Below, one piece after another: positions 1-10,002 of a DNA stretch of 18,614 bases. Numbering within the stretch: position 1 is the first letter of the stretch; each line of letters begins with the position of its first letter. This stretch comes from a virus (taxonomy: Duplodnaviria; Heunggongvirae; Uroviricota; Caudoviricetes), in the IMG/VR virus record IMGVR_UViG_2585427737_000006, positions 1 through 18,614 of that record; one strand, 5' to 3'. A program made the position numbers and the translations under genes. The notes beneath the pieces were generated by a model. That model was not told the origin of the DNA and did not search any database. It saw only the letters and a program-made list of their open reading frames with translations.

Positions 1-2
1 AT

Positions 3-233
3 CGCGCGCTGGCGATAACCGGTGCTATTGCTATTTCCAGTAGTTGTGCATTGGAAGGCACCGTCACCCGACAAATCGTCCCTTCTGTAGGATACGGCAA
101 TATCAATATTGAACACCCCAGTGGTGCGCTCGACGTTCATTTAAGTAATGAAGGTCAGGATGCCACGACGTTACGCGCATCTGTTATTCGGACGACCAGA
201 AAAATATTTTCCGGTGAAGTTTATCTTCCCTGA
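3..233 (+). CDS. ybhH: 3' end of upstream gene, probably the PrpF-family putative isomerase (partial, start outside window)
   Basis: Open frame runs from the window edge to the stop at 233; position upstream of ybhI matches K-12 gene order ybhH-ybhI-ybhJ. Identity is from synteny, not from recognising the protein. Confidence 0.5.
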   Translation, partial: RALAITGAIAISSSCALEGTVTRQIVPSVGYGNINIEHPSGALDVHLSNEGQDATTLRASVIRTTRKIFSGEVYLP

Positions 234-308
234 AAAAATTCGTTGTCAGGATAAGGACAATCAATAAAGGACTTCTGTATGAGTCATACAGAAAGAACAG
301 GATTTTAA

Positions 309-1742
309 ATGAATAAGAAATCGTTATGGAAGCTAATTCTGATATTAGCGATCCCATGTATTATTGGTTTTATGCCAGCTCCGGCAGGATTAAGCGAACT
401 GGCGTGGGTGCTTTTTGGTATTTACCTGGCGGCCATTGTGGGGCTGGTTATCAAGCCTTTCCCGGAACCTGTCGTACTGTTAATTGCCGTTGCTGCCTCC
501 ATGGTGGTGGTCGGTAACTTATCCGACGGTGCGTTTAAGACCACCGCCGTATTAAGCGGTTACTCTTCAGGTACTACCTGGCTGGTGTTCTCGGCGTTTA
601 CCTTAAGCGCCGCATTTGTGACCACCGGTTTAGGTAAACGTATTGCCTATCTGCTGATTGGTAAAATCGGTAACACCACGCTGGGTCTGGGTTACGTTAC
701 GGTATTCCTCGATCTGGTACTGGCTCCGGCAACACCGTCTAACACCGCGCGTGCGGGCGGCATTGTGTTACCGATCATCAACAGCGTGGCGGTGGCTTTG
801 GGGTCCGAACCGGAAAAAAGTCCGCGTCGTGTCGGACATTACCTGATGATGTCCATTTACATGGTCACCAAAACCACCAGCTATATGTTCTTTACCGCAA
901 TGGCGGGGAACATTCTGGCGCTGAAAATGATCAACGACATTCTGCACCTGCAAATTAGCTGGGGTGGATGGGCACTGGCCGCCGGATTGCCGGGCATCAT
1001 TATGCTGCTGGTCACCCCGCTGGTGATTTATACCATGTATCCGCCAGAAATTAAGAAGGTGGATAATAAAACCATCGCTAAAGCGGGCCTTGCCGAACTG
1101 GGACCGATGAAAATCCGCGAAAAAATGCTGCTCGGTGTCTTTGTGCTGGCGCTGCTGGGCTGGATTTTCAGTAAGTCTCTGGGGGTTGATGAATCCACCG
1201 TGGCAATCGTTGTTATGGCGACCATGCTGCTGCTGGGTATCGTTACCTGGGAAGACGTGGTTAAAAATAAAGGCGGCTGGAATACCTTAATCTGGTACGG
1301 CGGTATTATCGGATTAAGCTCCTTATTATCGAAAGTTAAATTCTTCGAATGGTTAGCTGAAGTCTTTAAAAATAACCTGGCATTTGATGGTCACGGTAAC
1401 GTTGCTTTCTTCGTTATTATTTTCCTCAGCATTATCGTGCGTTATTTCTTCGCTTCCGGTAGTGCCTATATCGTTGCTATGTTACCGGTATTTGCCATGC
1501 TGGCGAACGTCTCCGGCGCACCGTTAATGTTAACCGCGCTGGCACTGTTGTTCTCCAACTCCTATGGCGGCATGGTTACTCACTATGGCGGCGCGGCAGG
1601 TCCGGTCATCTTTGGCGTGGGTTACAACGATATTAAATCCTGGTGGTTGGTCGGTGCGGTACTGACGATATTAACCTTCCTGGTGCATATCACCCTCGGC
1701 GTGTGGTGGTGGAATATGCTGATCGGCTGGAACATGCTGTAA
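309..1742 (+). CDS. ybhI: Inner-membrane anion transporter, DASS family (477 aa)
   Basis: 477-aa ORF, highly hydrophobic with many predicted TM segments; length and gene order (before the aconitase-family gene, near attB-lambda) match K-12 ybhI. Confidence 0.85.
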   Translation: MNKKSLWKLILILAIPCIIGFMPAPAGLSELAWVLFGIYLAAIVGLVIKPFPEPVVLLIAVAASMVVVGNLSDGAFKTTAVLSGYSSGTTWLVFSAFTLSAAFVTTGLGKRIAYLLIGKIGNTTLGLGYVTVFLDLVLAPATPSNTARAGGIVLPIINSVAVALGSEPEKSPRRVGHYLMMSIYMVTKTTSYMFFTAMAGNILALKMINDILHLQISWGGWALAAGLPGIIMLLVTPLVIYTMYPPEIKKVDNKTIAKAGLAELGPMKIREKMLLGVFVLALLGWIFSKSLGVDESTVAIVVMATMLLLGIVTWEDVVKNKGGWNTLIWYGGIIGLSSLLSKVKFFEWLAEVFKNNLAFDGHGNVAFFVIIFLSIIVRYFFASGSAYIVAMLPVFAMLANVSGAPLMLTALALLFSNSYGGMVTHYGGAAGPVIFGVGYNDIKSWWLVGAVLTILTFLVHITLGVWWWNMLIGWNML

Positions 1743-1924
1743 ATATACTCGTCATACTTCAAGTTGCATGTGCTGCGTTTGCGTTCGCTCACCCCAGTCA
1801 CTTACTTATGTAAGCTCCTGGGGATTCACTCACTTGTCGCCTTCCTGCAACTCGAATTATTTAGAGTATATCCATTTATTATCTTTCTGCGCACTTCACG
1901 GTGCGCAGATATCTGGAGCATTTG

Positions 1925-4186
1925 ATGATCAAGTTATCTGAAAAAGGCGTGTTTCTCGCCAGTAATAACGAAATAATTGCCGAAGAACATTTCACCGGCG
2001 AAATTAAAAAAGAAGAAGCCAAAAAAGGCACTATTGCCTGGTCTATTCTCTCTTCTCATAATACGTCCGGAAATATGGATAAACTTAAAATTAAGTTTGA
2101 TTCATTAGCCTCTCACGATATTACCTTTGTTGGTATTGTACAGACCGCTAAAGCGTCCGGAATGGAACGTTTCCCGCTGCCGTATGTGCTGACCAACTGC
2201 CATAACTCACTCTGCGCCGTCGGCGGCACCATTAACGGTGATGACCATGTTTTTGGTTTATCGGCGGCCCAGCGTTATGGCGGGATTTTTGTGCCTCCGC
2301 ACATTGCGGTCATCCATCAATATATGCGTGAGATGATGGCAGGCGGCGGCAAAATGATCCTCGGGTCAGACAGCCACACCCGTTACGGTGCATTAGGGAC
2401 AATGGCAGTCGGTGAGGGTGGCGGTGAGTTGGTAAAACAGCTGCTTAATGACACCTGGGATATCGACTATCCGGGCGTGGTTGCGGTGCATCTGACCGGA
2501 AAACCTGCGCCGTATGTGGGGCCACAGGATGTGGCGCTGGCTATCATTAGCGCGGTGTTCAAAAACGGTTACGTCAAAAACAAAGTCATGGAGTTCGTTG
2601 GACCGGGCGTTAGCGCGCTCTCTACCGATTTCCGTAACAGCGTTGACGTGATGACCACGGAAACCACCTGTTTAAGCTCCGTCTGGCAAACTGATGAAGA
2701 AGTGCATAACTGGCTGGCGCTGCACGGTCGCGGCCAGGATTACTGCCAGCTTAACCCTCAACCGATGGCGTACTACGATGGCTGCATCAGCGTTGATTTA
2801 AGCGCCATCAAACCAATGATTGCGCTGCCGTTCCACCCGAGCAACGTGTATAAAATCGACACACTGAACCAGAACCTGACCGACATTCTGCGTGAGATTG
2901 AAATTGAGTCCGAACGCGTGGCGCACGGTAAAGCCAAACTCTCGCTGCTGGATAAAGTGGAAAATGGTCGCCTGAAAGTGCAGCAGGGGATTATCGCGGG
3001 CTGTTCTGGCGGTAACTACGAAAACGTCATCGCGGCGGCGAATGCACTGCGCGGTCAATCCTGTGGCAATGACACCTTCTCGCTGGCAGTTTACCCGTCA
3101 TCACAGCCGGTGTTTATGGATCTCGCCAAAAAAGGTGTGGTAGCAGATTTGATTGGCGCAGGCGCAATCATCAGAACCGCGTTCTGCGGCCCATGCTTTG
3201 GCGCGGGCGATACGCCAATCAACAACGGTTTGAGTATTCGCCACACCACGCGTAACTTCCCGAACCGCGAAGGCTCTAAGCCAGCTAATGGGCAGATGTC
3301 AGCGGTGGCGTTGATGGACGCTCGTTCTATCGCTGCGACTGCGGCAAACGGTGGCTATTTAACCTCTGCCAGCGAACTTGATTGCTGGGACAACGTGCCG
3401 GAGTACGCCTTCGATGTAACGCCGTATAAAAACCGTGTTTATCAGGGCTTTGTGAAAGGGGCAACTCAGCAACCGCTGATTTACGGACCGAACATTAAAG
3501 ACTGGCCGGAATTGGGTGCGCTGACTGACAATATCGTCCTGAAAGTGTGCTCGAAGATCCTCGACGAAGTGACCACCACCGACGAACTGATTCCTTCCGG
3601 TGAAACCTCTTCTTATCGTTCAAATCCGATTGGTCTGGCGGAGTTTACCCTGTCACGCCGCGATCCCGGTTATGTTGGCAGAAGTAAAGCGACTGCTGAG
3701 CTGGAAAATCAGCGTCTGGCGGGGAATGTCAGCGAGCTGACAGAGGTGTTTGCGCGCATTAAGCAGATTGCTGGTCAGGAGCATATTGATCCGCTGCAAA
3801 CTGAAATTGGCAGCATGGTATATGCGGTGAAACCAGGCGATGGTTCTGCGCGTGAACAGGCGGCGAGCTGCCAGCGTGTGATTGGTGGTCTGGCGAATAT
3901 TGCCGAAGAGTACGCGACTAAACGCTACCGTTCTAACGTCATCAACTGGGGGATGTTACCGCTGCAGATGGCGGAAGTGCCAACCTTTGAAGTGGGGGAT
4001 TACATTTACATCCCTGGCATTAAAGCGGCGCTGGATAATCCGGGTACGACGTTTAAAGGTTATGTGATCCATGAAGATGCGCCGGTAACGGAAATTACGC
4101 TCTATATGGAAAGTCTGACTGCTGAAGAGCGCGAGATTATCAAGGCGGGTAGTTTGATTAACTTCAATAAAAACCGTCAGATGTAA
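1925..4186 (+). CDS. ybhJ: Aconitase-family protein (753 aa from the MIKLSEKG start)
   Basis: Long ORF 1901-4186; I place the start at the internal ATG at 1925 to give 753 aa as in K-12 YbhJ. Sits between ybhI and ybhC as in K-12. Confidence 0.8.
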   Translation: MIKLSEKGVFLASNNEIIAEEHFTGEIKKEEAKKGTIAWSILSSHNTSGNMDKLKIKFDSLASHDITFVGIVQTAKASGMERFPLPYVLTNCHNSLCAVGGTINGDDHVFGLSAAQRYGGIFVPPHIAVIHQYMREMMAGGGKMILGSDSHTRYGALGTMAVGEGGGELVKQLLNDTWDIDYPGVVAVHLTGKPAPYVGPQDVALAIISAVFKNGYVKNKVMEFVGPGVSALSTDFRNSVDVMTTETTCLSSVWQTDEEVHNWLALHGRGQDYCQLNPQPMAYYDGCISVDLSAIKPMIALPFHPSNVYKIDTLNQNLTDILREIEIESERVAHGKAKLSLLDKVENGRLKVQQGIIAGCSGGNYENVIAAANALRGQSCGNDTFSLAVYPSSQPVFMDLAKKGVVADLIGAGAIIRTAFCGPCFGAGDTPINNGLSIRHTTRNFPNREGSKPANGQMSAVALMDARSIAATAANGGYLTSASELDCWDNVPEYAFDVTPYKNRVYQGFVKGATQQPLIYGPNIKDWPELGALTDNIVLKVCSKILDEVTTTDELIPSGETSSYRSNPIGLAEFTLSRRDPGYVGRSKATAELENQRLAGNVSELTEVFARIKQIAGQEHIDPLQTEIGSMVYAVKPGDGSAREQAASCQRVIGGLANIAEEYATKRYRSNVINWGMLPLQMAEVPTFEVGDYIYIPGIKAALDNPGTTFKGYVIHEDAPVTEITLYMESLTAEEREIIKAGSLINFNKNRQM

Positions 4187-4194
4187 AAAGCGCC

Positions 4195-4412
<218 letters not shown>

Positions 4413-4419
4413 ATTGCTC

Positions 4420-5703
4420 TTACTTCTTCGCCTCTGCAACCACTTTACTACCCACGCCGCGGTTATTGTATTCCCACATGCGGTTGTAGTTAGTGTCATT
4501 CAGATTGCGCTGTATTTCGTCGTTATCATCTACGCTGCCGGTATTACCCGCAAACGGACGATTAGAGATCACCGCATCGGCCCACGGTTTAGCCGTGTTA
4601 AAACCTTCGTTGATGGCGCTATCACGGATCACCACCTGACCGTTGGTATTGGCATCAACATCCAGCGAGCGGCCCAGTTGCGCCACACCATCACCGAAAG
4701 CATTGAAACGGCTGTTTACGGCGAGGAAACCGTAGTAAATGTTGGACAGCGTAGCCGGTGCAAACACATACGCTTCTTGCTGAGTACGTGAGTTCACCAC
4801 GCGGAATTCGGTGTTATCGAACACCACTGCGCCGCGACCAGAAACGATATCCACATCCCCTTCAATGTAGCTGTTGGTCACCAGCGTACGCGGCTGACGG
4901 TTGGTTTCCAGACGGTTCTGCACACCGCTGTTGGTGACAAAGAAGGTGTTCTGACGACCGAGAATGTTAACGTTGTTAATCTGTACCTGGTCACCATCAG
5001 TACGCAGTGCCACCGCCGGATGGTTACCTGCATCTACGCTATCGCCCAGCGTGTTTTCGATGGTCAGATTTTGCAGTTGCAGGCCATTGTTTTGTGACCA
5101 GAAGACCGCAGAGCAGAGAACACCGATACTGTCGCTGCGTTTGCTCTGGCAGCTATCGTACATATACCACGCTGGTTTACCTGGCATATATTTGCCGCGC
5201 GGGTTGACGTCGTGACGCCAGTCGGCAGGGCTCATGCCACCATCAAGGGAAAGCCCAATCTTCACATCAATCGGTTTTTCACCTGTACCGTACAGAGTAA
5301 TTCCACCCGGAGCGGCAGGGACATATACCGTTCCCTGATACTCACCAGGCATCACGGCAATATACTGGCGCTTGTTGGTACGCTTGATAATTGCCGCATC
5401 TACCGCCGCCTGAATCGTGGTATGCGTTACACCTTGAGTGCCCGCCGGGCCGACAACAAAGTCAGGTTGCGCAGGCAGGGTAATCGGGGAAGGATTCCAC
5501 GCTGCAGCACCTGGTGTCAGGGATGCAAAATAGTGTTGAGCATCGAAATTCTGCGCTTCTTTTGCCGACAGAATCGGGCGAGAAGAGGTACCAGGCGCGG
5601 TTTGATCAGAAGGACGTTGATCGGGCGGGGTTGAGCTACAGGCGGTCAGCGTCACGCCAAAAGCCAATGCCAGCGCCAGACGGGAAACTGAAAATGTGTT
5701 CAC
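4420..5703 (-). CDS. ybhC: Pectinesterase-family outer-membrane lipoprotein (427 aa)
   Basis: 427-aa ORF; N-terminus MNTFSVSRLALALAFGVTLTAC has a signal peptide plus lipobox (LTAC); length and position immediately next to the lambda att core match K-12 ybhC. Confidence 0.85.
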   Translation of the reverse strand: MNTFSVSRLALALAFGVTLTACSSTPPDQRPSDQTAPGTSSRPILSAKEAQNFDAQHYFASLTPGAAAWNPSPITLPAQPDFVVGPAGTQGVTHTTIQAAVDAAIIKRTNKRQYIAVMPGEYQGTVYVPAAPGGITLYGTGEKPIDVKIGLSLDGGMSPADWRHDVNPRGKYMPGKPAWYMYDSCQSKRSDSIGVLCSAVFWSQNNGLQLQNLTIENTLGDSVDAGNHPAVALRTDGDQVQINNVNILGRQNTFFVTNSGVQNRLETNRQPRTLVTNSYIEGDVDIVSGRGAVVFDNTEFRVVNSRTQQEAYVFAPATLSNIYYGFLAVNSRFNAFGDGVAQLGRSLDVDANTNGQVVIRDSAINEGFNTAKPWADAVISNRPFAGNTGSVDDNDEIQRNLNDTNYNRMWEYNNRGVGSKVVAEAKK

Positions 5704-5735
5704 AGGTTGCTCCGGGCTATGAAATAGAAAAATGA

Positions 5736-5836
5736 ATCCGTTGAAGCCTGCTTTTTTATACTAAGTTGGCATTATAAAAAAGCATTGCTTATCAATTTGT
5801 TGCAACGAACAGGTCACTATCAGTCAAAATAAAATC
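5736..5836. other. attL: Prophage attL (B-O-P'): lambda core GCTTTTTTATACTAA at 5750-5764 followed by the lambda P' arm
   Basis: Exact lambda core cttttttatactaa followed by gttggcattataaaaaagcattgcttatcaatttgttgcaacgaacaggtcactatcagtcaaaataaaatcattatttg, which I recognise as the lambda attP P' arm (Int arm-type and IHF sites), directly upstream of int. Confidence 0.85.
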
Positions 5837-5837
5837 A

Positions 5838-6908
5838 TTATTTGATTTCAATTTTGTCCCACTCCCTGCCTCTGTCATCACGATACTGTGATGCCATGGT
5901 GTCCGACTTATGCCCGAGAAGATGTTGAGCAAACTTATCGCTTATCTGCTTCTCATAGAGTCTTGCAGACAAACTGCGCAACTCGTGAAAGGTAGGCGGA
6001 TCCCCTTCGAAGGAAAGACCTGATGCTTTTCGTGCGCGCATAAAATACCTTGATACTGTGCCGGATGAAAGCGGTTCGCGACGAGTAGATGCAATTATGG
6101 TTTCTCCGCCAAGAATCTCTTTGCATTTATCAAGTGTTTCCTTCATTGATATTCCGAGAGCATCAACATGCAATGCTGTTGGGATGGCAATTTTTACGCC
6201 TGTTTTGCTTTGCTCGACATAAAGATATCCATCTACGATATCAGACCACTTCATTTCGCATAAATCACCAACTCGTTGCCCGGTAACAACAGCCAGTTCC
6301 ATTGCAAGTCTGAGCCAACATGGTGATGATTCTGCTGCTTGATAAATTTTCAGGTATTCGTCAGCCGTAAGTCTTGATCTCCTTACCTCTGATTTTGCTG
6401 CGCGAGTGGCAGCGACAGGGTTTGTTGTTATATGGCCTTCAGCTATTGCCTCTCGGAATGCATCGCTCAGTGTTGATCTGATTAACTTGGCTGACGCCGC
6501 CTTGCCCTCGTCTATGTATCCATTGAGCATTGCCGCAATTTCTTTTGTGGTGATGTCTTCAAGTGGAGCATCAGGCAGACCCCTCCTTATTGCTTTAATT
6601 TTGCTCATGTAATTTATGAGTGTCTTCTGCTTGATTCCTCTGCTGGCCAGGATTTTTTCGTAGCGATCAAGCCATGAATGTAACGTAACGGAATTATCAC
6701 TGTTGATTCTCGCTGTCAGAGGCTTGTGTTTGTGTCCTGAAAATAACTCAATGTTGGCCTGTATAGCTTCAGTGATTGCGATTCGCCTGTCTCGGCCTAA
6801 TCCAAACTCTTTACCCGTCCTTGGGTCCCTGTAGCAGTAATATCCATTGTTTCTTATATAAAGGTTAGGGGGTAAATCCCGGCGCTCATGACTTCGCCTT
6901 CTTCCCAT
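5838..6908 (-). CDS. int: Phage integrase, tyrosine recombinase (356 aa), lambda Int
   Basis: 356-aa protein MGRRRSHERRDLPPNLYIRNNGYYCYRDPRTGKEF... matches lambda Int as I recall it, including the C-terminal catalytic region (HELRSL...LLGHKSDTMASQY); adjacent to attL. Confidence 0.95.
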   Translation of the reverse strand: MGRRRSHERRDLPPNLYIRNNGYYCYRDPRTGKEFGLGRDRRIAITEAIQANIELFSGHKHKPLTARINSDNSVTLHSWLDRYEKILASRGIKQKTLINYMSKIKAIRRGLPDAPLEDITTKEIAAMLNGYIDEGKAASAKLIRSTLSDAFREAIAEGHITTNPVAATRAAKSEVRRSRLTADEYLKIYQAAESSPCWLRLAMELAVVTGQRVGDLCEMKWSDIVDGYLYVEQSKTGVKIAIPTALHVDALGISMKETLDKCKEILGGETIIASTRREPLSSGTVSRYFMRARKASGLSFEGDPPTFHELRSLSARLYEKQISDKFAQHLLGHKSDTMASQYRDDRGREWDKIEIK

Positions 6909-7104
6909 TTCTGATCCTCTTCAAAAGGCTACCTGTTACTGGTCGATTTAAGTCAACCTTTACCGCTGATTCGTGGAACAGATATTCTCTTCCATCCTTA
7001 ACCGGAGGAGGGAATATCCTGCATTCGCGCACCCATCGACGAACTGTTTCAAGGCTTCTTGGGCGTCGCTGGCGAGCGTTCCACTCCTGAAGTGTCAAGT
7101 ACAT
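6886..7104 (-). CDS. xis: Excisionase (72 aa), lambda Xis
   Basis: 72-aa MYLTLQEWNARQRRPRSLETVRRWVRECRIFPPPVKDGREYLFHESAVKVDL... matches lambda Xis; overlaps the int start as in lambda. Confidence 0.9.
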   Translation of the reverse strand: MYLTLQEWNARQRRPRSLETVRRWVRECRIFPPPVKDGREYLFHESAVKVDLNRPVTGSLLKRIRNGKKAKS

Positions 7105-7129
7105 CGCAAAGTCTCCGCAATTACACGCA

Positions 7130-7152
7130 AGAAAAAACCGCCATCAGGCGGC
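7130..7152 (-). terminator. Putative rho-independent terminator (minus strand) between the orf55-like ORF and xis
   Basis: Minus-strand hairpin CCGCC-TGAT-GGCGG (plus 7138-7151) followed by TTTTTT (plus A-run 7132-7137). Confidence 0.4.
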
Positions 7153-7311
7153 TTGGTGTTCTTTCAGTTCTTCAATTCGAATATTGGTTACGTCTGCATG
7201 TGCTATCTGCGCCCACAGCATCCAGTGGTCATAGCAGTCGCTGATGTTCTCGGCTTCGATAACTCTGTTGAATGGTTCTCCATTCCATTCACCTGTGACT
7301 CGGAAGTGCAT
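7144..7311 (-). CDS. Small hypothetical protein (55 aa), lambda orf55-like
   Basis: Hand-translated 55-aa ORF, MHFRVTGEWNGEPFNRVIEAENISDCYDHWMLWAQIAHADVTNIRIEELKEHQAA; below the 60-aa cutoff of the ORF track; sits where lambda has a small ORF next to xis. Confidence 0.5.
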   Translation of the reverse strand: MHFRVTGEWNGEPFNRVIEAENISDCYDHWMLWAQIAHADVTNIRIEELKEHQAA

Positions 7312-7553
7312 TTATCATCTCCATAAAACAAAACCCGCCGTAGCGAGTTCAGATAAAAGAAATCCTCGTCAGTGCGAGGATGCTGTTCATTGCTGCTATA
7401 CACTTTTTTGCTCTCAACGTAAGCGGTAGCCCATTCTGTTGGGTTGGTGCAGTTGCTTTTAGGAAATGCTATTTACCCCTTAAATGTCGGCTGAAAGAGC
7501 TAAAATCCATGCAAAAAATTTACGCAATTTTGTGTATTATTGTGCAGTAAGTA

Positions 7554-8156
7554 ATGAGCTATTTTCTGCGCAAAAAATGGATGGTAAATTTGTCCGGGTC
7601 AGGAAAAATTTTATGGGCGCTAAACATGAAAAAAGATTCGTATCCTTATTTGATTTGCATGACAGTTTCAGGGCTGATCTTTATTTTCCTTTTCTTCTGG
7701 TGGCGGGCAGATATCTACAGGGTCACGTTTCTTAATCAGAGTATATCCCACTATTACATTCTGTTTAGCATGGGAATAGCTTTTCTGTTATCTCTGTTTT
7801 GGGTTAAGAAGGGGATAGTAAAACAAAGCGGCTGGAAGAGTCTGTCAGCATACCTTAAGGTTTATGCAGGGATGTGCATATTTGCTGGATTTTTTCTGAT
7901 TATACCCCTTACGACACTAACTTATTTTTTGCCTGGAGAGACATCGTCTTATGTTGCACCGTATCGGTATACTTCCGGTAGTTCAAAAAGTTGTTCTGGA
8001 GCTGAGGTGGATGACCCCGATCTACATGAGAATATTCGCATTTGCTATCCGTATGGCAATTATGAGTACGATAATATTATCTATGTTGAAAAGAAAATTA
8101 ATATATTAGGTGCGGTAGTGACATATGCACAGACCGCGCGTGATGATACTGAATGA
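7554..8156 (+). CDS. Membrane protein of unknown function (3 predicted TM helices plus a Cys/Tyr-rich soluble C-terminal domain); moron-like cargo in the prophage b-region
   Basis: 200-aa ORF (alternative start at 7626, MKKDSYPYL..., 176 aa). Hydrophobic segments LICMTVSGLIFIFLFFWW, YYILFSMGIAFLLSLFWV, VYAGMCIFAGFFLIIPLTTLTYFL. The 7440-8330 region is markedly AT-rich and the gene is on the opposite strand to the surrounding leftward early operon. Confidence 0.6.
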   Translation: MSYFLRKKWMVNLSGSGKILWALNMKKDSYPYLICMTVSGLIFIFLFFWWRADIYRVTFLNQSISHYYILFSMGIAFLLSLFWVKKGIVKQSGWKSLSAYLKVYAGMCIFAGFFLIIPLTTLTYFLPGETSSYVAPYRYTSGSSKSCSGAEVDDPDLHENIRICYPYGNYEYDNIIYVEKKINILGAVVTYAQTARDDTE

Positions 8157-8190
8157 TATAGTATATAGCGGGCAAGTTTTAGTTAATTTA

Positions 8191-8222
8191 TCGAGGTAAT
8201 ATAATTTACCTCGACTCGTTTG
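8191..8222 (+). terminator. Putative terminator hairpin downstream of the membrane-protein gene
   Basis: Perfect 9-bp inverted repeat tcgaggtaa / ttacctcga (8191-8199 and 8206-8214) followed by a T-rich tract ctcgtttgttctgg. Confidence 0.35.
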
Positions 8223-8366
8223 TTCTGGTATTAATATTTCGCTTTACGACCGATTTTTATCTGATGATATCATGCGGTTTTCATATACTGACTTACTGTC
8301 TTTTCTCCGTTAGCGATTTTCTCCTGCTCAGCGATGATTTTATCTTTGGCTTCTAGTTAATTTCGC

Positions 8367-8588
8367 TCACTTCGAACCTCTCTGTTTACTGATAAGCTCC
8401 AGATCTTGCTGGCAACTGGCACAAGTCCGACAACCCTGAACGGCCAGTCGTCTTCGTTCATCTATCGGATCGCCACACTCACAACAATGAGTGGCAGATA
8501 TAGCCTGGTGGTTCAGGCGGCGCATTTTTATTGCTGTGTTGCGCTGTAATTCTTCAATTTCTGATGCTGAATCAATTATGTCTGCCAT
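8367..8588 (-). CDS. TraR/DksA-family C4 zinc-finger protein (73 aa), phage-encoded
   Basis: 73 aa with the CxxC...CxxC motif (CCECGDPIDERRRLAVQGCRTCASC) typical of TraR/DksA zinc fingers; size and position match TraR-like genes of lambdoid prophages. Confidence 0.7.
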   Translation of the reverse strand: MADIIDSASEIEELQRNTAIKMRRLNHQAISATHCCECGDPIDERRRLAVQGCRTCASCQQDLELISKQRGSK

Positions 8589-8686
8589 CTTTCATTAATC
8601 CCTGAATTGTTGGTTAATACGCTTGAGGGTGAATGCGAATAATAAAAAAGGAGCCTGTAGCTCCCTGATGATTTTGCTTTTCATGT

Positions 8687-8968
8687 TCACCGTTCCTTAA
8701 AGACGCCGTTCAACATGCCGATCGCCAGGCTTAAATGAGTCGGTGTGAATCCCATCAGCGTTACCGTTTCGCGGTGCTTCTTTAGTACGCTACGGCAAAT
8801 GTCATCGACGTTTTTATCCGGAAACTGCTGTCTGGCTTTTTTGATTTCAGAATTAGCCTGACGGGCAATGCTGCGAAGGGCGTTTTCTTGCTGAGGTGTC
8901 ATTGAACAAGCCCCATGTCGGCAAGCATAAGCACACAGAATATGAAGCCCGCTGCCAGAAAAATGCAT
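8687..8968 (-). CDS. Small early-left-operon protein, lambda orf61-like (possibly starting at the internal ATG at 8902, 71 aa)
   Basis: ORF contains MTPQQENALRSIARQANSEIKKARQQFPDKNVDDICRSVLKKHRETVTLMGFTPTHLSLAIGMLNGVFKER; position between the TraR-like and orf63-like genes matches lambda organisation. Start codon uncertain. Confidence 0.5.
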   Translation of the reverse strand: MHFSGSGLHILCAYACRHGACSMTPQQENALRSIARQANSEIKKARQQFPDKNVDDICRSVLKKHRETVTLMGFTPTHLSLAIGMLNGVFKER

Positions 8969-8978
8969 TCAGTGGTTG

Positions 8979-9170
8979 TCATACCTGGTCTCTCTCATCT
9001 GCTTCTGCTTTCGCCACCATCATTTCCAGCTTTTGTGAAAGGGATGCGGCTAACGTATGAAATTCTTCGTCTGTTTCTACTGGTATTGGCACAAACCTGA
9101 CTCCAATTTGAGCGAGGCTATGTGCCATCTCGATACTCGTTCTTAACTCAACGGGAGATGCTTTGTGCAT
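8979..9170 (-). CDS. Small hypothetical protein (63 aa), lambda orf63-like
   Basis: 63-aa [63 protein letters not shown]; size and position as lambda orf63. Confidence 0.6.
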   Translation of the reverse strand: MHKASPVELRTSIEMAHSLAQIGVRFVPIPVETDEEFHTLAASLSQKLEMMVAKAEADERDQV

Positions 9171-9331
9171 ACAGCTCCCCGTTTATTATTTATCTCCTCA
9201 GCCAGCCGCTGTGCTTTCAGGGGATTTCTGATAACAGAAAGGCCGGGAAATACCCAGCCTCGCTTTGTAACGGAGTAGACGAAAGTGATCGCACCTACCC
9301 GGATATTATCGTGAGGATGCTTCATCGCCAT
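9143..9331 (-). CDS. Small hypothetical protein, lambda orf60a-like (60 aa if started at the second Met, 9325)
   Basis: [65 protein letters not shown] immediately downstream of exo on the minus strand. Confidence 0.5.
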   Translation of the reverse strand: MAMKHPHDNIRVGAITFVYSVTKRGWVFPGLSVIRNPLKAQRLAEEINNKRGAVCTKHLPLS

Positions 9332-10002
9332 TGCTCCCCAAATACAAAACCAATTTCAGCCAGTGCCTCGTCCATTTTTTCGATGAACTCCGGCACCATC
9401 TCGTCAAAACTCGCCATGTACTTTTCATCCCGCTCAACCACGACATAATGCAGGCCTTCACGCTTCATACGCGGGTCATAGTTGGCAAAGTACCAGGCAT
9501 CTTTTCGCGTCACCCACATGCTGTACTGCACCTGGGCCATGTAAGCCGACTTTATGGCCTCGAAACCACCGAGCCGGAACTTCATGAAATCCCGGGAGGT
9601 AAACGGGCATTTCAGCTCAAGGCCATTGCCGTCACTGCATAAACCATCGGGAGAGCAGGCGGTACGCATACTTTCGTCGCGATAGATGATCGGGGATTCA
9701 GTAACATTCACGCCGGAAGTGAATTCAAACAGAGTTCTGGCGTCGTTCTCGTACTGTTTTCCCCATGCCAGCGCCTTAGCATTAACTTCCGGAGCCACAC
9801 CGGTGCAAACCTCAGCCAGCAGGGTGTGGAAGTAGGACATTTTCATGTCAGGCCACTTTTTTCCGGAGCGGGGTTTTGCTATCACATTGTGAACTTCTGA
9901 AGCGGTGATGACGCCGAGCCGTAATTTGTGCCACGCATCATCCCCCTGTTCGACAGCTCTCACGTCGATTCCGGTACGCTGCAGGATAATGTCCGGTGTC
10001 AT
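9322..10002 (-). CDS. exo: Lambda exonuclease (Red-alpha), 226 aa
   Basis: 226-aa [68 protein letters not shown]... matches lambda Exo; overlaps the bet stop as in lambda. Confidence 0.95.
   Translation of the reverse strand: MTPDIILQRTGIDVRAVEQGDDAWHKLRLGVITASEVHNVIAKPRSGKKWPDMKMSYFHTLLAEVCTGVAPEVNAKALAWGKQYENDARTLFEFTSGVNVTESPIIYRDESMRTACSPDGLCSDGNGLELKCPFTSRDFMKFRLGGFEAIKSAYMAQVQYSMWVTRKDAWYFANYDPRMKREGLHYVVVERDEKYMASFDEMVPEFIEKMDEALAEIGFVFGEQWR

Noticed and set aside
1901-1924. N-terminal extension (MRRYLEHL) of the ybhJ ORF
   Set aside because: The ORF track starts at the first ATG, but the internal ATG at 1925 gives the expected 753-aa protein; the upstream extension is probably not translated.
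4414-4791. 125-aa plus-strand ORF antisense to ybhC, and similar antisense ORFs at 4964-5634
   Set aside because: They lie wholly inside the well-supported ybhC gene on the opposite strand and have no RBS or distinctive features; typical shadow ORFs.
7203-7403. 66-aa minus-strand ORF overlapping the orf55-like gene
   Set aside because: It is in a different frame over the same bases as the 55-aa ORF that matches lambda organisation; it looks like an overlapping spurious frame.
9331-9642. Plus-strand ORFs (103 aa and others) inside exo, bet and gam
   Set aside because: They are antisense to genes that match lambda exo/bet/gam; shadow ORFs.
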